This document shows positions 19,401 to 28,583 of a DNA stretch of 35,270 nucleotides, piece after piece. The DNA is from Trichomonas gallinae. Taxonomy: Eukaryota. Under the pieces are notes generated by a model, which was not told the DNA's origin, did no database searches, and saw only the letters and a program-made list of their open reading frames with translations. Made by a program: the position numbers and the translations under genes. Every line of letters starts with the position of its first letter. Position 1 is the stretch's first letter. The DNA is taken from contig MRSU01011388.1 of the NCBI GenBank assembly GCA_008369845.1, forward strand, positions 1 through 35,270, given 5' to 3'.

Positions 19401-21524
19401 GAAAAGAACGACGAGAAAGTTCGGCCAGCATCACCAAAGATAAACTATAATGTCGAATATGACAGAAAGCGAGAACATCCGATGTTTTCTGATTTCAAGA
19501 ACTCTGCATTTCTTCAAGCTCCAAAAACAGATGAGGAGGAAAAGACAGGAGAAATCAAGTCAAGAGAGATAGATTTGCAGGATTTGACTGCAGAAGAGAA
19601 GCCAAAAGAAGAAAAAGAGCAATCAGATGAAAAAACAGAGACAAGTGTAACATTGGACAAAAGCGAGATCGAAGGAAAGGAAGAAAATAAAAAGATAAAC
19701 GAAGCTGATGACAAAGAAGTTGACTCTGACATCGAAATTATTCCAGATGACAGCTCAGATGACGAAAAACAAGTCTCTGAAAAAGTAGATGAGAAACATG
19801 AAGAAGCAAATGACGAAAATGAAAACAAATCGGTCCCAGAAAATGACAATGAAGAAAAAATCGATGAGGAGAAACAAACTGATGAAAATGTTCCAAAATC
19901 AGATGATGAGAATCTAAACAATGAAGATCCTAAAGATGATGAGAAATATAATGATGATAATGAAAATATCGATGCAGCAAAAGAAGATCATGAGAAAATT
20001 GAAGAGAAGAAAGATGATGAAAAAGAATTAAGTGATGATGTCAAAATCGAGTCTGAAAGCAGTGGAGAGATTAAAGAAAAAGAATTGGATGAAAATGTTG
20101 ATATAGAAAAGAGCAAAACAGATAATGAAATCAAGGAAAGAGAGCTAAATTTAGATGAGAGCAAACAAGAAACAGTAGATAGTGAAGAAGAAATTAATGA
20201 TAATAAAAATGAAGAGGAGGAAGAAGTTATTCAGGAAATAAAGGAAAGAGATCCCAACATTGACATAGATGAAAAGAAAGAAGAGGAAGTAGAGAAAACA
20301 AAGGAAGAAGAAAAAGAGAAAAACGAGAGTGATGTGAGCGATGTCAAAATTGAAAATGTAGATAGCAGTGACAACAATGAAGAAGAAAATGAACAAAATC
20401 ACGAAGAAGAGAATAAAAAAGATGAACAAAGCAATGAAGCAATAGTTGAAAACAAGAATGATCAGCAAGAAAATAATGATCACAATCAGAAAAACTATCA
20501 GGAAATAAAGGAAAGCGAAAGTGATGACGTAAGTATCAAGGCTGATTCAAAATCACAAGAAAATATCGAAGATGCCAAAACAAGAGAACTTAAAGAAGAT
20601 GAAAATGAAGAAAACTCTGAAGTCAAAGAAAGAGAATTAAATGAAAATGAGATTGAAGAAAGCAAAGAAGAAGTAAAGGAAAATGGTTTCAAGGAAGACA
20701 TCAAAGATGATGACCAGGAAAAAGTAGAAGATGTGAAAGACACAGTTGAACAGGAAAATCATGAAGACATTAAACAAGATGAAGAAAATCATGATGAAAT
20801 CAAAGAAAATGAAGAGAAGCAAGAAAATGTTGATCAGACAGACGAAAACACCGAAAAACCAGAAAAAACACAGGATGACGCTGGTAAGAAAGATGAAAAC
20901 ATTGAAATACCAGAAGAAAACCAAGAAGATGCTAAAGAGAATGAAGATGACAATGCTCAGAAAGAAGATGATGCAGATGAGAATGTCAAAGAAAGAAATG
21001 TTGATGATGATATTGCAATAGAAAATTCTGCTGACGAAAAAGAAGAACCTATAACAGAGAAAGCAACAGAAGATGCTTCTAATGACGAAAAAGAAGATTA
21101 TGTAAAAGATGAATCTATTCATGAAGAATCTCATCATGATGAAAAATCAAATGAAATATTAGCAACCAACCAATCTAATAAAGAAGATGAAAAAGAAGAA
21201 ATCTCAAACGCCGATATTAACGACATTAAAACTCGCTCAGTCGATTTGCCTGAGAATGAAGTTGAAGAAAAATCTCAAAATAAGGGAGAAACACAGCCAC
21301 AAGAAACAACCGAATCTCAGCAATATGAAAATCACGAAATTAAGGATGAACTAGCACAAAATCAGAATGGAAAAGAAGAAGGCAAAACTCATAAATCCGA
21401 TGATTCGTTGGAAATCTCTCTTGGAACTGATGATGATAACAATGCTCCTCAGGACAATCAAACTCCACAGCAAAAATTAGATGCAAACGAATCTGATTCT
21501 CTTGACCTTGACTTAGAATCATAA
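16443..21524 (+). CDS. Large protein (~1693 aa): N-terminal coiled coil, one RRM-like domain, >1200-aa acidic low-complexity tail
   Basis: First ATG at 16443. RRM-like segment at ~17454-17665 (MTLGPF...ALIPYGDLENITV...YYAFVMFKEKGVANQAALELDGTTIYGTPINA) with an RNP1-like YAFVMF; E/D/N/K-rich remainder. Confidence 0.88.
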   Translation: MNLSYNFRKFTQEEQARNSDSSVRKIRVSSKKDKSNEPQSRLSYQSLASYYGEANVEEQRARKLETEIEGLHNEVRILREHLQITQQKYKELTADSLGLQISRTFEPSTLTISPTQKKKAEEIANLKNQSIELENRISTLRELLSDESIRILRFDIQSQREMKNITEKSIENDKKQLKITRDRINELHQIDENQLILQQQEIIDELHNKVNEAVDKHRKIKAIATSMAQGYDVDDEVIDFVCNEYLPEENEEIAHLQQKLNKRRVILEKKEEEYNASLQQNELTMQLAIRQAQLEERTKALEKETQMQKAQLNAINTGIPFDNLDSISSELIEEREKMTLGPFQQRVSRRKLATALIPYGDLENITVENFDGQYYAFVMFKEKGVANQAALELDGTTIYGTPINATSNCEEIQERRTRRKNVKRVRKPPQMDLKEQVTNVFEKSKPESKINSANNSQINLSPITSPTGKDAQKDLQIHNIFDKLIEGQQKSSDDIKNNNDNATTENHTDKNHDENIPQINHDEKIDENINDKNYDEKINDKNHNEQFNDNNNNGENIPQVNHDENMQKKSDNDLQNAKIEENNSIKPIGLAERIVELVDTNNNNAEKEQVKTEDGKLPELTNLLIGNDNQTPQSEEKSPTNENTNQENNENKPKEEVHRPLSFGGFGFATKLSNLIKEDKQENKEESKPILARDFKQIQNEIQEDKQENNQENKPILARIFTPVQQKQDNSQTNDESKQENEEKANEIQEGSHQDKEKSSTKPDYAEKSVNVNEEEETGSEYEHITRDIAFHDIFKREAIPKTPKKPQVLDRSLNLDQDKTNQASPPTTCSSSDKYTTPNNTESKEFFQQPEEKVVSEETKLEEKPTEAKSEEKIQESESVPLDTNHSNDENNETKPDNKQEKLDNIENVDEKADKDENHDNAEEKHEDQNEKHDNIEEKVDVLEEKHESQDEKHDKTEENADNKNEKLDSQEGKDLVMEDKHDNEEKNDEKVRPASPKINYNVEYDRKREHPMFSDFKNSAFLQAPKTDEEEKTGEIKSREIDLQDLTAEEKPKEEKEQSDEKTETSVTLDKSEIEGKEENKKINEADDKEVDSDIEIIPDDSSDDEKQVSEKVDEKHEEANDENENKSVPENDNEEKIDEEKQTDENVPKSDDENLNNEDPKDDEKYNDDNENIDAAKEDHEKIEEKKDDEKELSDDVKIESESSGEIKEKELDENVDIEKSKTDNEIKERELNLDESKQETVDSEEEINDNKNEEEEEVIQEIKERDPNIDIDEKKEEEVEKTKEEEKEKNESDVSDVKIENVDSSDNNEEENEQNHEEENKKDEQSNEAIVENKNDQQENNDHNQKNYQEIKESESDDVSIKADSKSQENIEDAKTRELKEDENEENSEVKERELNENEIEESKEEVKENGFKEDIKDDDQEKVEDVKDTVEQENHEDIKQDEENHDEIKENEEKQENVDQTDENTEKPEKTQDDAGKKDENIEIPEENQEDAKENEDDNAQKEDDADENVKERNVDDDIAIENSADEKEEPITEKATEDASNDEKEDYVKDESIHEESHHDEKSNEILATNQSNKEDEKEEISNADINDIKTRSVDLPENEVEEKSQNKGETQPQETTESQQYENHEIKDELAQNQNGKEEGKTHKSDDSLEISLGTDDDNNAPQDNQTPQQKLDANESDSLDLDLES
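17960..18140 (+). repeat. Coding minisatellite, ~27-bp/9-aa unit (NDKNHDE(K/N)I-like)
   Basis: Repeated AATCATGATGAAAA / AATGATAAAAA units translating to NHDENI, NHDEKI, NYDEKI, NHNEQF and NHDENM. Confidence 0.75.
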
Positions 21525-21593
21525 TTTTAATTTTATTTTGTTTGTAAAAATAATATTGTTTGAAATACTTTATTTTTCGACATCTTTCAATTC

Positions 21594-21878
21594 TGACACT
21601 TTACAATCTAACAATTCAAACTATTTGACACTTTACAATCTGACATTTTGATTTAATAGGTTGGGGGACAGACGTTTCTCACATGGTTTTGCTCCACATT
21701 CATAATATAAGTAGGTATCCACACAGTGATAAATTTTATAGGGGTCCAACAGTTTTTCCTACACCCATTTTCATTCTGACACCTCAATTTTTTTGCTACT
21801 TTACATTATGATTTTCCTATGATTTGACACTTTACATTCTGACATATCGAATTATTTTTGACACTGTACATTTTGATA
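21594..21878 (+). repeat. Interrupted ~32-bp intergenic repeat, consensus TGACACTTTACA(A/T)TCTGACA
   Basis: Copies at 21594, 21626, 21794 (degenerate), 21825 and 21859. Confidence 0.75.
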
Positions 21879-21903
21879 TTTTTGATCAGATTTGTAAAAA
21901 TCG

Positions 21904-21908
21904 TCACT
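21904..21908 (+). promoter_or_regulatory. Initiator (Inr) TCACT
   Basis: Matches the trichomonad Inr consensus TCA(C/T)(T/A), 22 nt before the ATG at 21931. Confidence 0.5.
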
Positions 21909-21930
21909 TTTCATCTGTTTAGGAAAAAAG

Positions 21931-22899
21931 ATGAGTGAAGAAATTCCGGAATATATTGAGGATTGTTTCGAAAATTTCATTGACTCTCCAAACGAGAAAG
22001 TTTCTATAAAGAAAATTCCAGCAGTATTTTCAAATCTTCAGCGTCCGTTTTCGAAAAATTATATTAACGAACTTCTAAAAGAGGAAAATCTCGAAAATGA
22101 AGATGCTCTCGACATTGACCAATTCATGAAGATCTTCAGAGTGAGAAAAGAAGACCAGGCTGCCGTTCAAATGTTGGTTGATAGCTTTATGATCTTTGAT
22201 TCTAACCAGGATGGAAAGATACATATAGATGAGTTCAACAACATCGTTACTAGTTTCGGACTCCCATTTACTTCAGAAGAATATTTGAAAATTATTGATT
22301 TGATCGAAGTCGAAAACTTTGAATTCGACTACAAGTTTCTCTCTGAACTAATAATTTCAATGATATCAGTTACTCCTGAAGAAAATCAAGAGGAAGAAGA
22401 AATTGCTGATAACATTATCGAAATTGAAGTTGAGAAAGAAGTTGAATACGGAGAAGAGGAAGAAGGGCATGAAAAAGCTGAAAATGGAGAAGAAATCAGT
22501 GTACAACAAAATACAGAAATTTCAGATGTAAATAGCACAGATATTGACCAGAAAGAAGAGGAAGAGTTTGTAGAAGAAGAAAATCAGGAAGAGCCAGTAA
22601 AAATAACAGTTAAACCTGAATTTAAACCAAAAATCGTTTCATATGTAGGCAGACAAGAATCATCAGATGTAGAAGAAGATCCTCATACTGATGGCGAGGA
22701 AGAAGAAAATATTGAAGATAAACGTTTCGTCGGATCATCAGATTTGCAAGCGGACAGTCAAAACGAGCCAAATAGACCACAAGGAACTTTGGCATCGGAG
22801 AGTTTGATTGATTCAAATCAATTGCTTACTGATGGCGAAGAAGAAATTTTCGATGAAGAAACATTGAATTCGGCTGATATTGTTTTAAAAAAGAAATAA
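21931..22899 (+). CDS. Calmodulin/centrin-like EF-hand protein with Glu-rich C-terminal extension (322 aa)
   Basis: ~145-aa four-hand calmodulin-like layout. One canonical loop FMIFDSNQDGKIHIDEF (~22186-22236); the other hands are degenerate. Acidic tail with duplicated TDGEEE. Confidence 0.88.
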   Translation: MSEEIPEYIEDCFENFIDSPNEKVSIKKIPAVFSNLQRPFSKNYINELLKEENLENEDALDIDQFMKIFRVRKEDQAAVQMLVDSFMIFDSNQDGKIHIDEFNNIVTSFGLPFTSEEYLKIIDLIEVENFEFDYKFLSELIISMISVTPEENQEEEEIADNIIEIEVEKEVEYGEEEEGHEKAENGEEISVQQNTEISDVNSTDIDQKEEEEFVEEENQEEPVKITVKPEFKPKIVSYVGRQESSDVEEDPHTDGEEEENIEDKRFVGSSDLQADSQNEPNRPQGTLASESLIDSNQLLTDGEEEIFDEETLNSADIVLKKK

Positions 22900-23235
22900 G
22901 CTATAGAGTCTAAATATGTTTTATTTAGAGATATTTCATGAGTGGATATGAAAAAAGCAGAAAAGGATATAAAACTCGGTAGAGAACGATACAAAAACTT
23001 TTATTTCTGTTGGATACACACATTGTTGGATGACAAGTTCACTTTAAATATTGCAACTTCATAACCGTATATTACGAAGGACAACAAAACCGAATATTTT
23101 CTATATATACAGTTGAATACAAGCTTTCATCATATATTTTATTATAGTTTAGACATGTCCAAATGACCATATTTTATGTTGGTAAATTTATAATTTTAAA
23201 TACAATGAAAAATCTAAAATATGCCATAAGTCATA

Positions 23236-24288
23236 ATGAGTGAAGCTGTCAATGTATCTTCAATACAGCTACCAGATGCTTCCAAACCATATCAAGACAC
23301 AGTTGATTTAATCTGGAATGATAGCATGCTAAAAAATGATGTGAGTTCGATTGGATCGAAACTTGCAGAATTTTGTGCTCAAGGAATATTATCAAAAATG
23401 TTTATAAATAGAATGCTTCAATCCGCACTTATTACCAAAACAAAGAACCATCATCTCGTCCTTCAAATTGCAAAAATTTGTGATAATCGTTTTACTTATT
23501 TTTATCAGAAAATTACACCTAATCCTATCAAATGGAATGATGATGTTGAAACATATGTTACAAAAGATTTTAATAAAGTAGATATTGAAGAAACTGCACA
23601 ATATGGTGCTGTCAAATGCTTTAAAATTTTAGTTGGGAAATTTTCAGATTTCAATGATGATTTATGCCGAAAGCAAAAAACTGGGGGAATTCTTGAAATA
23701 ATTCGAATACTTTACAATCATCTTAAATTTGCAACAGGGGAGAACTTAAGGACTGCAAAAAAAGGATCCTTCTCTCCAAGATGAAGCCAAAATTGACCTA
23801 ATATTTTGTCTCGCTCACATGAACTATTTATACCTAATTTAATCACATGAATGACAAACGTGAATTTATGCGTTTTACAGGTCGTTATCATTTACATCTC
23901 GGAGAATCATATTCTACATCATTTTTCAAAGCACTTTTCGATTTAGGACTTGATGTTGATTTTATATTATTATGAGTATTCGACTTCCTGTAATTTACTT
24001 TTAGAATCATCAAGGCTTGAAAATGATGAGCTTGTTAGATTTCTTGTAAATCAATGTGCAGATATAAACAAAGTGATGCGTATATCTATGGGGAATTGCG
24101 TTCGAGAATATTCTGCTCTTAGGTATGCTGTTGAGTACGACAATATAGATATAACAAGATTTCTCTTAGATCATGTCGCGAAGAAATATATCGTGTACAA
24201 AAATTTTGGGTCCATCGGGTGTGATGAATATAATATTTTTTCCTATGTGAAGAGCCAGCAAATGACAGATTTATTATCAAATTATTAA
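23236..24288 (+). pseudogene. Frameshifted trichomonad ankyrin-repeat gene (DUF3447-like N-region)
   Basis: Pieces in different frames: 23236-23784 (TAQYGAVKCFKIL...GGILEIIRIL), 23847-23975 (KALFDLGLDVD) and ~23970-24288 (ELVRFLVNQCADIN, SALRYAVEYDNIDITRFLLDH). Inr-like TCATA at 23231-23235. Confidence 0.75.
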
Positions 24289-25339
24289 TAGTTACTTATG
24301 AGTTAAATTTGATACTTAATATTTCTAACATTTGATATCTAGATATCTAGTTATTTTCAAGTCCTCCAATGTTTCGAAGATATCGTGCTATCTATAAAGT
24401 ATATGTATATTCTTCATTGATATCATCATTTTCTTTCAAGAAAGATGGACTATTCTCCTATATCACATTCATTAAAATTTTTCATCATCGAATCTTAAAT
24501 ATTTGATTAAAATTTTGATATCTGTATGACTAATATATGATATAAAATGACGCTCTCCACAAAAAAAAATTAGGTTATAAAAAATATTGTATATTTTGGA
24601 AGATAGAACAAGGCATATGTGCCTTCGATACTATAGATATACATATACAGAATATCACATATAAATTTCAACTAATCATGACTCTCATCTTCGAAGTTAG
24701 GATCGTAATCAAAAAAAGTTAAATTCAGCATTGGTTGTTTATGTACAAATATTAGCAATAGTAGGCAAACATTTTTGCATAAATAAATACATGTATTTAC
24801 ATAAATTAGAAATTACAATATTTACACTCTTATCAGATAAAAGCTGACTATGTAAAAATACTCAAGAAATAGAGTGCGATTTCGTAATAATTTATGCTTG
24901 TTGGATTTAAATTTGTTCAATGCAATTAAGGAGATTATTTCACGGAATCTTGACTGAACAACTAGTAATTTTGACACATATTTTGTGAGTTGTATCGATT
25001 AAAGTCTAAAAAGGAAACTGTATGTCGACATATAAAAATTTTGTTAAATCTATCCAAAAGCTGAATTCGCACTGTTCCCATTATTTGCAATAAACCTATG
25101 ATTTCATTACTAACCCTTGCTACTATAGGTTTTCCAATATCGAATATTGAATAATAACAAAACTTCAAAAAAATGAGACAAAATAGATCAATAATTCACA
25201 CATAGACATTTCAGAGTAGTTCCATTGCGCAAGAATACTGATACTGTCAATGGAAGTAGTCAAATAAAAAGGAAATCTTACAATTAGTGAATAGTTTATA
25301 AAAATAAAACGGAACGCAACAAGACAGGAGGAAATAGTA

Positions 25340-25528
25340 TTAGTTCGCCAGAGCGGATGGGGCATCGCTATTGATTGGTGTATCATAAATGTTTTCATGG
25401 ACATGAGGCTTTTGGCAATCAGCATCGCCCTTGTTCATGGTCCAATCAATGCTGTCGAAATACTTCTTGCTTCCCTTTGATCTTCCGCGGTGTTCCTTTC
25501 TTGGGATGGCGACATTGACTTCGGACAT
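25340..25528 (-). CDS. Endosulfine/ARPP19/Igo-like microprotein (62 aa)
   Basis: KGSKKYFDSIDWTMNK matches the endosulfine signature KKYFDSGDY (plant FDSADW). The ORF is GC-richer than its flanks; in-frame upstream stop at 25562-25564 with no earlier ATG. Confidence 0.75.
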   Translation of the reverse strand: MSEVNVAIPRKEHRGRSKGSKKYFDSIDWTMNKGDADCQKPHVHENIYDTPINSDAPSALAN

Positions 25529-27555
25529 GTTATCAATAATAAAAATTTTTATTTTCTGAAACTATTGAATCTTTGATGTTACACCAAAATGATCCACTAT
25601 ATAAGTAGATTCGATTTACATAAAACCATTTTGTGACTTGAAATTCAATGCAAATTAATTTTATGGGATTGCTCATTATTTGTATATAGGAACTGATTAT
25701 ATGCATATTTGTAAAACTATTTCTGTGGATTGAATTCGTTTTATTTGCAATGTTTATGCTCTTAGTGGAAAGCAATAGTTTTTCTTAAATAAAAAACGTG
25801 CAACAATAGAAAAATGAGAAGTTTTGGTCGGAATTTTTGTGAGAAAAAAGAACTAATTTTTTTAAATGGAAATTAATCGACAACCAGAAAAATATCATCA
25901 ACATTATTGTCCTATATGTAATTTAGAAGAATATCCTAGAATGTTTGTCCATGCAATTCAATATATCACATAGAAATAATAAAAAGTGACCTGCTAACAT
26001 GCAATGAAAAAACCGGTCATTTAATGCGTAATTCTATGCTAGGGGTACATAATATGACGCGTTGGTCTATTCCTAAGTCTTTTCTTGCATCAATTTCATT
26101 TAATATCATTCTTTTGATTGGCAAATCTCTGTGTAAGTGAGCAGTTACTTGTGGAAAGTACCCATTTTCGTTTACTCAGTAATATTTAATCACTCTAAGA
26201 TTCATATTCTTTTACATTCAGATGCTTGAAAAACTTATTCTAGGAGATTTACTACAATTTTAGAATTATATGATTTACAACATTTTAGAAAACGTTTACA
26301 GAGGTTATTCATCAATGTTGTAGGATTAGAAATCGAGAAAATTACGATCTTTTATTACACCCTTTACAATAGGAAGTCATGTCACTTTTATGCAGAAATC
26401 GATAAATGCGGTTAATACAATGGAGATTTTTTTCTGTTTTAATCAATGGTAATTAAACTATTAGTCATATAAATTTAAATAAAGAAAATATCCAATGAAG
26501 TTGATTATTTTGCCCGAAAATCATAATATATGATAGCAAACTAGATATATAGCAAAACCTCAATAATTGGTGAATTAACTTTGAAGGATTGTATGATCTC
26601 AAATTATTTGAATCATTATCAATCATTACAAATCATAGAATATGATTACATATCACTTATATATGCGATTTTCTAAAGTTTGTTGTCTTAAACTATATTT
26701 TGACACATGTTTTTGATTTCAGTAAGTTCGATAAGTTTGTTTTATTCATGTCTATTAGAAATTAGCATCTACAGGTTGTATGCAGTCTATTCGTAAGAGA
26801 TCTGCGTTTTATGTTGATGGCAATAAAAATTGGAAATCTAAAATCATTATTTTGCTGTTTCCTAAACTAAAATATAAATCAGTTCGTCGAATATATTATT
26901 TTCCAACAAATAGATACTCTCATCGCATGAATTAATTTTCGATAAAAATCCATAAAGAGGGTATAAAGGCTCGTTTATCTTGTTACTCAATTAATATTGC
27001 CGTATACGGGTCTTTTTGCAAGATATATATAATCACTCAAGCCTTTAGCGCTTCAATTTTATAATTTCAACCGTTGTATCCGCTTATTAATATAGAACCG
27101 CTTGATTATTGGCTGTACTCCACAGAGTGCACGCCATAACAAACGAAATCGGACCCCGGACATACTATAAAGGACGAAAACGTGGCAATCAATCCAGTAA
27201 GTGGAGGTATGATCCACTTCACAGTTTGCTTCTTTACATATATCCCAGACAAAATCTTTTTCCTATTTGATTTATGAGCAATGACCAACTAATTTGATTG
27301 GAGAATTTCATTTCATGGCCGATTCACCGTAATCAATAGAAATAGTTAAAAGCTGAATATTCTAAGCACAGATACTTCATTATTAGTGTTAATATTGTTA
27401 TTTTTGAATTTCAAAAACAATAGAAATGAATAACAGGCTTGGAATTATATAATAAATCTAAAATGTGTCTGATAGGTATGCTCATAGTAAATGATAATAA
27501 GAAAACTAGAAGTATATATTTTATTGAGTTTTAACAAAACTAATAATAAACAGAT

Positions 27556-28569
27556 TTATTGCAGGTCACATTCCTCAATGAATGTCACAGCATCACGGAT
27601 TGTCTTAGTAAATTCGATGTTCTTCAAGCAAAAACATCCTCCTCCGCGTTCCATTTGTTTTTCTTGTCTATTTACCCCACCAATGCAGTAGAAGTCATCT
27701 GCAATAGCCCACTTGGAGTGGTCATTTGTAACTCCCCAGATTTGATCATGGAATTGTAATTTCTTAATATTATAGGCATGATATGCTCCAGTGCAATTTG
27801 AACCCATAGTTCCAACACCATTGGACCATGTTTCAGAAAGTGTTGAAGTCTTCAAATCTGGAGCAAGAAAATCATGATACAAATCTTTAAGCCAATCCTT
27901 GTGCTTGGAGTACAATCTTATATAATGTTGTCCTATGTTGATTTCTTGTACTCTTGTCATTTGTTCATCATTCCATTCTTTATTTTGGATTTTAATAAGA
28001 TTTGGCATCTTAGAACTTGTGTAAGCTGGGAGATTTATAGAATAAACATATGGTCTCTCTATCAGTGCACCAGCTCCCCAGCCATTTAAGTCTTCATGTG
28101 TAAGCGTCATGCAGAAAAAACTTTGTCCGTATGTAAATCCGTTGCTAGGGAACTCATAAGCATCTGCTGACTCTGGACCTGTTGGAAATCTTGGTGTAGA
28201 ATGTTCAATAAAGATTCCATTATCTTTATCGAATATTAAAATGCCTTTTTTGTGTGCGTATGTATCTGATACACTTTTTCCATCAGCTGGCTGGTCTGAC
28301 ATCAGCATATAACCAATATTCGGATCTTTTGAATATAAAGGAAGAGTTGTGTAGTATAATGGATTTCCATCTGTGTGATTTACGCCTGACTCTGAGTCAT
28401 CGAGCTTTGATGTTGGATCCATGTAGAAAAATGCTTCTCCAACTGCTCTGAGCGGGTTTGGATTCGATTTTTTAGGCATTTTGAGCATAATAAACCAATC
28501 CTCATCCAAGCCATCTTGTCCTTTGCATGAAATTCGAGAAAATGTTGTTTGGATAAAGAAAGAAATCAT
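27556..28569 (-). CDS. Deoxyribonuclease II family acid DNase (337 aa), short signal-peptide-like N-terminus
   Basis: ISCKGQDG..DWFIMLKMPK start, two PLD-type HxK motifs (YAHKKG, NDHSKWA), IEHSTPRFP, YGQSFFC and CIGGVNRQEKQMERGGG. Confidence 0.95.
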   Translation of the reverse strand: MISFFIQTTFSRISCKGQDGLDEDWFIMLKMPKKSNPNPLRAVGEAFFYMDPTSKLDDSESGVNHTDGNPLYYTTLPLYSKDPNIGYMLMSDQPADGKSVSDTYAHKKGILIFDKDNGIFIEHSTPRFPTGPESADAYEFPSNGFTYGQSFFCMTLTHEDLNGWGAGALIERPYVYSINLPAYTSSKMPNLIKIQNKEWNDEQMTRVQEINIGQHYIRLYSKHKDWLKDLYHDFLAPDLKTSTLSETWSNGVGTMGSNCTGAYHAYNIKKLQFHDQIWGVTNDHSKWAIADDFYCIGGVNRQEKQMERGGGCFCLKNIEFTKTIRDAVTFIEECDLQ

Positions 28570-28575
28570 TATTTT

Positions 28576-28583
28576 GTCACTTT
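28576..28583 (-). promoter_or_regulatory. AAAGTGAC (M2) motif upstream of DNase II
   Basis: GTCACTTT on + strand, 7 nt upstream of the ATG at 28569. Confidence 0.6.

Noticed and set aside
21594..21878. Possible CRISPR-like repeat-spacer array
   Set aside because: Repeats are ~20 bp and degenerate, spacers only ~12 bp apart from one insert, no cas genes, eukaryotic genome.
1630..22816. Many short ORFs nested in or antisense to the large CDSs (e.g. 1712-2071, 10314-10700, 10794-11231, 14199-14651, 19514-19921, 20637-21137)
   Set aside because: Shadow frames of real genes; their S/F/L/I-rich composition is the reverse complement or frame-shift of E/D/K/N codons, and they show no family motifs.
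24962..25775. ORFs 24962-25168, 25165-25425 and 25533-25775 around the endosulfine-like gene
   Set aside because: No motifs; 25165-25425 overlaps the better-supported 62-aa ORF in another frame.
26010..26170. Minus-strand frame reading ENGYFPQVTAHLHRDLPIK, superficially kinase HRDL-like
   Set aside because: No other kinase subdomains and short; probably coincidental.
27100..27290. GC-richer island with a 60-aa minus-strand ORF
   Set aside because: Non-ATG start and no recognisable motif in the frames I translated; may be gene debris but cannot be assigned.
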